In this document: positions 54,937 through 64,000 of the stretch, piece by piece
Layout of the letters: every line of letters begins with the position of its first letter
Position numbering within the stretch: position 1 is the first letter of the stretch
Origin: Eledone cirrhosa
Taxonomy: Eukaryota
Direction: 5' to 3'
DNA: 64,000 bases
Assembly (NCBI GenBank): GCA_964016885.1
Contig: OZ024740.1
Span: 195,424,001 to 195,488,000 of the forward strand
Notes under the pieces: model-generated
What the model was told of the DNA's origin: nothing
What the model saw: the letters and a program-made list of their open reading frames with translations, nothing else
Database searches by the model: none
Made by a program: the position numbers and the translations under genes

Positions 54937-55883
54937 AGTACAGAGCACTATATTGAATAATTGATTTACTAGTCACCATTAGTAGCATCTTATCCATAGA
55001 TAGAGAAATATGGATACATGTGTGTGTGTGTATAATTATCTATATGTGTGGGAGACTGGACATTTGTGTTCAGTTTATCTGCATGCATTTAAGTGTACAT
55101 ATGTATGTTTGTGTGCATATCTGTATGAGTCTGTGTATGATTGGATGTGTGTGTGTGTATATGACTAGATTATGTGGAGGTGGTGACAGAGTAAGAGGAG
55201 CAAGAGGGGTGAGGATTAGAAGAAGAGGAGGAAAAAGAAAAAAGAAAAAGAAGAAAAGAAGAAAAAGAAGGAGGAGGAGGGAAATATGTAAATACTTGTG
55301 ATAAAGTGACAGTATAGAGATAAGATGTAGAAAAATTCCAGGTCAAAAGAAGAATTTCAAAAAAGTATTTACAATAGTTTTTTATGTTGTTAGCTTCATT
55401 CTTTTTAACCTTATTTTTCAATGAGATCAAACATAAGAACTTGAATGCAAACAAGTAGTTTTATATTTTCTAAATTTACATTCAGGAGACAGAAAGGAGG
55501 AGAATATGTTTGTTGTGTGTTGTTTTAGAAAAACAATAAAAATCTAGATGGTCTCCTTTTAAACTTAATACAAGTAATCTTTATAAATATGCAGACATTA
55601 TTCAGTACTGAAGTATAGCTAAGTAAGTAGCACATAGTGGACATATATGTGTAGATTTATATAATTTACATATGTACATGTGTGTTTGTGTGTGTGGGTG
55701 TGTGTGGGTGGGGGGGGGGGGGGGGTGACAGTGTATATACCCAGTTTAGATTAAGTACATTACACGGATGTACCTTGTATGTCAAAAGTGACTACTTAAG
55801 GGGTTGACACCAAGAAGGGGCCCAAGGTAACTTTAAAGCCCATAATGGAGTCCAGCAAGGATGTGAGTGTGTGTGTGTATATA

Positions 55884-56736
55884 CAGGGTGCGGACGATAT
55901 TTGTTCGATATTTGTGCTAATTTTATGCAAATTTTTTTTACTTCCGTTGTCACTCTTGTCTTCATAAAAACAGTGACTATATTTCCATTATTTATTTTCA
56001 GAATAATTGATTATGAATAATTTTGAACCTCCAAATTCGTGGAATCCGTGCCGGGAGGACAAATAAGACCAGAAGATCAACTCCCAGAACAACAGGTGGC
56101 TCGCTGTCTCATCCAAAGACGTGCCCAGAGTCATGCAGACAAAGTTTCCAGTGACAACATTGGTCTTAGGTGTCGTCAGCAGTCAAGGTGACGTCATGCC
56201 ACCTCACTTCTTCCCTGGGGGCCTCAAGCTGAACACCGATGACTAAATCCGCGTTCTGAGCGAGGTAGTAAAGCTCTGGATCGACCAGGTAGCTGCAGGT
56301 AGGCCATACGTGTGGCAGCAAGACTCAGCGCCCTGCCATACCAGCCGAAAGACCCAAGCCTGGCTGTCAGAGAACTTCGTCGACCTCACTTCACCTGACA
56401 TCTCGCCTCCCAGCTCACCTGACTGCAACCCCCTCGACTTCTTTGTGTGGGGCGCAGTGGAACGAGACACCAACAGATCTAGCTGCAATACGAAAGACGA
56501 TCTGAAGGCCAGGATCACAAGTGCCTTTAGGGGCCTAAGTCGGAGGACAGTGATGAAGGCCTGTAGCCGCCTTGAGGCCATCATCAAAGCCAATGGCGGG
56601 TTTATCAAGTGAGATCGAAAGAACAAGTCATGAAGACAAATTAACCGTAGTTTGATAAATAAATCTTAAAAAATAAAACTACTGTGTTATTTTTTCCTAG
56701 ACAGTAATCTTGCGAACAAATATCGTTCGCACCCTG
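55884..56736 (+). mobile_element. Internally deleted Tc1/mariner-superfamily DD37D (maT-type) transposon
   Basis: TA-flanked TIRs CAGGGTGCGGACGATATTTGTTCG / CGAACAAATATCGTTCGCACCCTG. Transposase remnant WQQDSAPCH...PPSSPDCNPLDFFVW has 37 residues between the catalytic aspartates. Confidence 0.9.
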
Positions 56737-56812
56737 TATATTGCCAGAGACAGAAAAACGGAAGAGCATAGTGGCCTGTTGCTGTGAGGCTAAAGAAACC
56801 AAACCAGAGATA

Positions 56813-56940
56813 TCTATATCCTTATAAAAAAGAAGTTTGTTTGTATGTTGACTGCTAATAACACTAAATAAAATTAATAATAATTAAGTAAGCTTAATGG
56901 AAGTCAGATTAGACCAGGGCGAAAGCCAGGAGGCTGCTAG
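56813..56940 (+). mobile_element. Tiny non-autonomous Helitron-like element
   Basis: A|TC start (TCTATATCCTTATAAAA..GTTTGTTTGTATG), subterminal GC hairpin CCAGGGCGAAAGCCAGG, and CTAG|T end. Confidence 0.55.
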
Positions 56941-57329
56941 TATATATATGTATGTGTGTGTAAACACACCCACATAAAATATATATAGTGTATATATTTA
57001 TAAGATTAAACTACAAACAATGTAAAAGAGTACCTAATACCAAGGGGAAACAGAAGTTTCTCTGCTCTATACATTTATCCGCATATAAGTACACACAAGT
57101 GTGTACCTGTGTGTCTGTGAGGAAAAACAGACAAGACATGATTAGAAAATCTTATTTAATTATACATTCTCAATTATAAATATTCAGAAACTATTTGTTA
57201 AGCTGCTTGTTCATTAATAGTTGTATAATCACTCTACAACTTCAATTATGCCAACATAAAACTACTTTATTTTCTTGTATATATATATATATATATATAG
57301 TAAGTATGTTTTGAAACAGTGAGCGAGTT

Positions 57330-57499
57330 TAAAATTAGAAATATAAGCTTTCACCGTATTTTTGAGTAAAGAAATTTTTAGCCTGATAGTGGGGTTTAGA
57401 ACCCTCAGAGAAATTTTTTTCCATTTCTCTGAGGGTTCTAAACCCCACTATCAGGCTAAAAATTTCTTTAGTCAAAAATACGGTGAAAGCTTATATTTC

Positions 57500-57507
<8 letters not shown>
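57330..57507. repeat. 178-bp near-perfect hairpin between (TA)n runs
   Basis: 85-bp arms with one mismatch and an 8-nt loop. Confidence 0.9.
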
Positions 57508-57540
<33 letters not shown>

Positions 57541-57699
57541 AACCCATAATTCTTGAGGGAGTTGTAGAGCTGCTGTATTGACATAGTTTTTCTAAGGCAC
57601 TTTTTTAACCTGGTGGAGCCCATCTCCTTTCCAGGTCTGAATTCAGCAGATTCCTTCCAGAGAGTGGGGATGGGATATAGAAGAAGAAACTACCCCAAT

Positions 57700-57845
57700 A
57701 CTAGACTGGTTCTTTTTTTTATCAAACATATATGGATGAAAGGAAAAGTTGACTTCGGTGAGATTTGAACACAGAGTAGAGAGCCGAAACGAATACCACA
57801 AAGCATTCTATCCAACATTCTAACGACCCTGCCAATTTGCCACCT
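57700..57845 (-). mobile_element. Degenerate copy of the 38425-type SINE
   Basis: GGATGAAAGGAAAAGTTGACTTCGGTGAGATTTGAAC block. Confidence 0.6.
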
Positions 57846-57865
57846 ATTTAAATTTATCCATGATT

Positions 57866-57914
<49 letters not shown>

Positions 57915-60589
57915 GACATACACACACACATTATACACATGTGCAACCACTCACACACACACATGCACCCTCACACAACCTTTGCATACAAAATTTGAAT
58001 GCAATTACATTTACTTATGCATACCCACAACTAGATACAATGACACAAGATACAATATGAAGAACAGCTACAAGTAAAAAGAAAACACCCTCATTCTCTG
58101 CACAACTATCTTACTATATATATATTTCATCTAATGTAAAAAAATAAATATAAATCATGAATTCCCCCATTGATAGAAGAAACGAAGAAAGAATATATAT
58201 ATATATATTTATACACACACACACACACACGCACACATGCTTCTTCTATAAAATAATATATCTTAATATTGTTCAATATAAGAACATAACTATATATCCT
58301 ACCTCTATATTTGAATAAATCTTCCTAGTCTTCTCTGTAACAAGATGATGGCTGTCTATTCCGTATCAAATATGACCACATGTTGTAGTCCCTTTTCTTC
58401 CCTTTTACCCTTTTGATATCCAACCACCTGAAACCATACCTGGTCCTACGATACAAAACTATTTATTCTAAAGTATATATTCATATATCTAAAACTAAAG
58501 AAAGACGTGTATAGAAACTGAATTCCATTCCAGGTGGCAGCAATCCAGGAAGAAATAACTGAGCATATTAGTTAGTGTGGCCAGAAAAAACAGCAGCCAC
58601 TCATCTTTTGATAGTGTTGCTAGCCAAAACAATGGTACTAAACATGAACTGGATTCGAGAAAAAGAAAAAGCATGGAAAAAATATATCACAAAAGAATGC
58701 CTCCTTGCCCAAGAAATTGAAATTTACCAAAGAAACGACAAGGAGGAAACTCACAAGCTTCTAATCTTCAAAAGATGGAGAGGCATTCCATATACACTAA
58801 AAAAGATAGTTGACATGCCCTGGATGATGTGTAGTGGGATGTATTCTCCTTCAACAGTAACAGACCATATGTAAATGTGCATCTATTATTAAAACTGAAA
58901 ATGAGACAAGAAGGCAGACAGGACTTATGTTCCCACATTTATCCATTAAGTTCTTGACATTTTTTATTTTCTAGTTCATACTCAACATGCATTGACTTCT
59001 CTCCTCGTGAATATTTAATGATTGTTCTTTTAATTAATAAAATGGTGGAAATGTTGTGCTGGCTTTAGATTAATGTTTGTATAAATAAAGATTTATGAAA
59101 CCAGGGATGATGTCAGTGAATCTGGATTCAAGATAAAAGCAAAATGACTGCCAGAAACAGGTCTACATAAAGACTGACATGGGACTAAACAACAAGAACT
59201 ACAACTATTGATACAATCATTAAATAGATATTATAAGTGCTGGCAGCTGTAGTAGGAGTTGAAAGGTTTAACTCAATGACAATATAATTTTGCTTTGGAA
59301 AATATATTAACAGTGCACTTTGAAAGAGACAACATAATTCAAATATCACATAGCTATATATAATAGTTATAATAGTTATTATGAATGTAGCCAGATGTTA
59401 TTCAGTTGAAACAGTGGAGCTGACTATCAAAAGAATTTACAGCAAGAATAGTCACAAGTAGCATTAACGAGAAGTAGTAAATGAAAATTGAATATTTTGG
59501 CGAAAGTAATATTTCATTGACAATCACATTTTGCCAGATCAATAGAATGTCAGACTAACACCCAAAGTGTCAGTAGTTCATATGCTGTCTACTAGTGATG
59601 CATTAGGTCCATGGTGAAGACACTTATCTCTCAACAATATGCCCACCAACACTAATGATACCAACCCATCTATGACTGCCTCTGGTTCTATGATACAAAA
59701 CTGTCTGTTTTAATATTGATATAAAATTGTGTATTGGAACAAATATTTTCTCAAAGATGGACTAAGAGTAGTTGAAGAAGAGACATAAAGGGCAATAGTC
59801 ATCAATAAGGTCACAGGCTATGACAAAAGGACTTTGACAATTAATTAATTAGTTGATTGATGGATTAATTATCTGATTAATAAAACTGAAGTAAAATTCT
59901 ATTGGTGTGTTCTGATTGGCAGTATGACGCTCTCAAAATACAAAAATGTATATTTACTATAGTTAATACAAAGCATTGAGAAACATGTAGTAAATGACTG
60001 ATAAGTTTCAGAAAGCTGGTATAATATGGTAGATATATATAAAGGGCAAAGGATGACAAATAAAACAAAAGTAAGTAATGCTTTACCCAGTGTATTTCAA
60101 CTTGATATTTCAGAGCTAATACCCTCTTTTCAAATGTGAAACAAAAACAGTTCAAAATAAAAATGAACAATCGATGCATTCTTCCATAGACAAAAATACT
60201 TTTTTTTTTCAATGTCTATATTTAAATCAGCATATATCTATTAGAATATGGCAGCAATTAAGAATTTTGAAAATACAATAACCTTTCGCTGTATTTTGAT
60301 CACAGAAAATAGTCTAACATATAAGCCACCATAATAGAAAACAAATAGGCATCAGCACACGTGGGAATCGAACACACACCTCTTATATTTTGGATAAGGG
60401 TAATAGCCAATTACATCAACCTCTCCACCCGATTTTTTTTATGCAGAATTTAGAAGCTATGAGTTGATAATCGTATATGTAAGTAATCACGTTTTAAAAT
60501 ATGATCGCAATTGAGAATTTTAAAAATAGAATTATAAGTATTCAACAGAAGGTGATCTCTGACTTGCACTTGATAGGTTTGATGCTAAG

Positions 60590-61230
60590 CGCTACCATGG
60601 CTGGTATGAAAATCAGTGCTGCGAAAACTGAGACACTCATCCTCTCAAGGAAGCATGCACAGTGCACCCTACATGTAATTGGAGTTCCACTGAAGCAGGT
60701 GAAGAAGTTCAAGTATCTCGGGACTGTGTTCATGAGTGATGGAAGGCGTGAGGCTGAATTAAGTGCAAAAATTGCAGGTGTTGGTGCAGTAATGCTCCAG
60801 CTTCAGCATGCAGTAATCAGAAGAAGGGAAGTAGGTGTAAAAGCCAAACTCGCTATCTTCAATTCAGTCTTCGTGCCAACACTTACCTATGGTCATGAAA
60901 CTTGGGTAATGACTGAAAGAATACAATTGCGAATACAAGCGGCCGAAATGAAATTCCTCCAAAGGGTCTTTGGAATAACATTACTCGACAGAGTGCATAG
61001 CTCAGAGATCAGCAAGTTGCTCCAGGTAGAGCAGCTACTTCTCCGGATTGAGAGATCACAGTTCCGATACTATGGGCATGTGGTTAGAATGTCTCAGGAA
61101 AGAATCGCTGGACAGATTTTACAGGAAAAACCAACTGACAGAAGACCCAGGAGCAGACCCCAAACAAGATGGTTGTATAACATCCTTGAGCCCTGGCTAC
61201 AACCATCTCAATAATAAGGAGGAGGAGGAG
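60590..61230 (+). pseudogene. Second RTE-family LINE fragment (RT end and C-terminal domain)
   Basis: GMKISAAKTE, LKQVKKFKYLG, PTLTYGHETW, QAAEMKFL, RYYGHVVRM, RPRSRPQTRW. Confidence 0.85.
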
Positions 61231-62056
61231 GGATTGTCTAGTAACAGGGCATATTAGCCCTCATAATAGAAAAAATGTCTATGTGATGCCCATTCTTTTT
61301 CCATTGTGGAGCCCTGTTATTAGACTATTTCCTGTAGTCAAAGTACAGCAAAAGCTTATAATTATATTTTCAAAGTTTATATATAAATTCTGCCCCTGAA
61401 GCCAGGACCTTGTTCTTGTAAAGCAAACTTCTGAACCATTCAACCATGTTTACTGAGGAATATGTAAATGTTTCCTAAGCTGGTCTGGTGCGGTTGAGGT
61501 CTTGTTAGAGCCAGTGGTTTCATGACAACAATACTAAAACAATACATAATTTTCCCCTCGATATGACACCAGTACATATCAGTTAATTTTCATTTCATGT
61601 AAAAAGCAATTACTGCCCAAATATGCAATGACTTTTGAGGTAGTAGTAATAGTAGGAGTAGTAGTAGTAGTAGCAGCAGTAGTAGTAGTAATAGTAGATT
61701 AATTTACCCATTCAACCATTTTATCTTTTATATCATTCCTAGGTTAATTTAAAATGTGAGAGAGAGAGAGAGGGGGGGGGGGTTAGAAAATCAGTAAAAT
61801 TTAACAGAACACTCCTCCCAGAACAAAGTTGAACCTTGTGTCTAGTCAAAAGAGCCTAATGTTGCAACAGACCTGCACAGTGGGATAATGCCAGAGGGGT
61901 CTTTTGGTTTTTGGCGGGAGGAGACATAATAAAATACAAAAATAAAACAGAGTAAAAAAAAAATAAAACATCAGAAAAGTGTAATTAAAATATAAAAGTA
62001 TTATTGCCCAAAGCTAAACAGAAAAATATTCTATAACACACACACACATCCATACA

Positions 62057-62089
<33 letters not shown>

Positions 62090-62956
62090 CCATACATACA
62101 TATACATACACAAACATTAAAAAAAAGAGCAACTTACAGACAACAATAATAATAACAAAAATATTTTTCTTCCTTTTCTAATGAGTTAAGAAAATATTCA
62201 AATTTAAATTACAGAAGAAAACTTTTTTTTATTTTTTGGATTCTATAAAATTTGTTTTATCATTTTTTTTTTGCTTTTTGCCATTATTTATTTTTCATTT
62301 TCCATATTTTTTTTAAAACTTTTATAGTATTGAAGATAATGATAGTGACTATGGTGGTGGTGGTGGTGGTGGTGACAGTGGTGGTGGGTGAGTAGTGGTG
62401 ATGGGTGAGTGGTGGTGGTAGTGGTTGATGGTGGGTGGAGGTGGTGAGTAGTGGTGATGGGTGAGTAGTGGTGGTGGGTGAGTAGTGATGGTGACAGTGG
62501 TGGTAGTGAGTGGTAGTGGTGGTGGTGATGACAATCATGATGATGATAAAGATGGCAGTAATAACAAAGATGGTATTATAATAATAATGATAATAATAAT
62601 AATTAATTTGAAATTATTCAACATAGGCTGCTAAAGAAGAAAATCTTATTAGTCAATTTTTTTTCAGGATACAGACTATAACATTATGATGATGAAAAAG
62701 AAAAACAGGAAGATATAAAGAAAATCTATTATCATTATAACTTTGCTATTATTTTTAGCAAGACCAATAACTACAGTGAGACCACCTGGGAATTAAAGAT
62801 CATGTGAATTAGAAAATCAATATATTATGCAAACATTGGATACTATTAGCATTACACTTTGTTTTCTTCTAGTTCTTCATTTATAGCAAAATCTACAAAA
62901 TTAGTAACTGCAGGAGTCTGAGGCTCCTTTATAAATCTTCTCATTGCTCATTCTTT

Positions 62957-63166
62957 TTAATCCTTTAGCATTTAAACCGGCTGTATCTGGCAAAAGTTCG
63001 TTCCCTTTTTTGAAACTGGTCATAACCAGCAACTCATACCAATGTTAAGATATTTTAAAATCAACATTAACAACATCAAAATCTCAACTCAAAATTATAT
63101 GAGATAAAGCCTTTACCATGAATATACAATAGTAAATATAGAGTAATGTAAATGCTAAAAGGTTAA
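62957..63166. mobile_element. piggyBac-like TTAA MITE (older copy)
   Basis: TTAA-TCCTTTAGCATTTAAACCGG ... TAAATGCTAAAAGG-TTAA. Same family as 54721-54936. Confidence 0.75.
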
Positions 63167-64000
63167 TGATGTTCAAAGAACCTATGGTTGTTTGTAGGTT
63201 GTTGTTAATTACATCAATGTCGATGTCACTGCCATACAGAGTTAAATCACATTTACAGAGCCAATGAGGGAGCCTCAGTGTGATCACTCAACCCCCAGAG
63301 AAACAGCATCTAGTTTCTTTCAAATACACCCCTACCATCTTAAAACAAAAAAGAAGAGACACACCAAAAGTCAAATGACTGGAAATAATTTGACCCTAAC
63401 CTATACTTTTCACCTAGTATTCTTTCTTTCTCTTTCATTTTCCATCAAGTCATTAAAAACACATCTTTCTTAACCTTTAGTAAGCTAGAAATGTTTATAA
63501 ATTGCTTCCTTGAAACTGCATTATATATTAAGGGGAGACAACTCTATTGGTGCCTTATGTCACCTAGAGCATGCTAAAGGTTAACGGTGTGGAGTGGTTG
63601 GTGATAGGAATGGCATCCAATTGTAGGTATTCTGCCAAACAAAAGGTTGAAAAGAATCTTCAGCTATGCCAAAAATATGACATCTTCACTAGTGTTGATT
63701 CCCTGATAAAATAAATGTACTCAGCAGAGAATAAGATTATATGTCACTGGCAGTCTGAGGCTCCACATAAGTACTGACCAGTCGGTGATGGCATGTCCAA
63801 CCCTTGCTAGCAGGGAAAACTAATATTAAAAGATGATGATTGTTATTGTATATTATGCTATTGTTGTGATCATAAAGATATGCCATTGACAAATGGAGAG
63901 ATTATGTCCTGAAGAGGACCCATCCCACCCTTGCAAGCAGGGAAAAGCGGATGTAAAATGATCATATATATAACTTTGATAGGTTTTGGGTAGTATTGGC

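Noticed and set aside
58530-58874. Possible host exon or ORF
   Set aside because: In-frame stops upstream and only a vague resemblance to an L1/Tx1 C-terminal remnant. Not supportable.
60345-60430. tRNA gene on the minus strand
   Set aside because: Has a B box (GTTCGATTCCC) but no consistent cloverleaf. More likely a decayed SINE head, as for the heads at 41917, 43060-43129 and 54138.

Overview
AT-rich, microsatellite-dense eukaryotic repeat DNA, most likely from an octopus or other cephalopod (inferred from the SINE and RTE families). No host protein-coding gene is recognisable, and most predicted ORFs are (TA)n/(TG)n/(GGT)n artefacts. The window opens with a 41-bp tandem satellite (1-3525). 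It continues as a nest of retroelements inserted into (TA)n arrays: RTE LINEs (one with an intact 1039-aa APE-RT-PHD ORF), their partner tRNA-derived SINEs, and at least three Penelope-like elements (GIY-YIG) with inverted pseudo-LTRs. Decayed mariner, maT, TTAA-MITE and Helitron-like DNA elements are also present. The main signal is non-coding: about a dozen type-I hammerhead ribozyme motifs from at least 7 families, read directly from the sequence. One sits in a 465-nt, ORF-less, highly branched, tandem and circularly permuted unit (12483-13635) that looks like a viroid-like retrozyme copied from a circular RNA. A 9.1-kb Penelope-like insertion has 4.1-kb inverted arms, rod-shaped hammerheads and a 13-bp target-site duplication. 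All pairings and alignments were done by eye, and boundaries of decayed elements are approximate.
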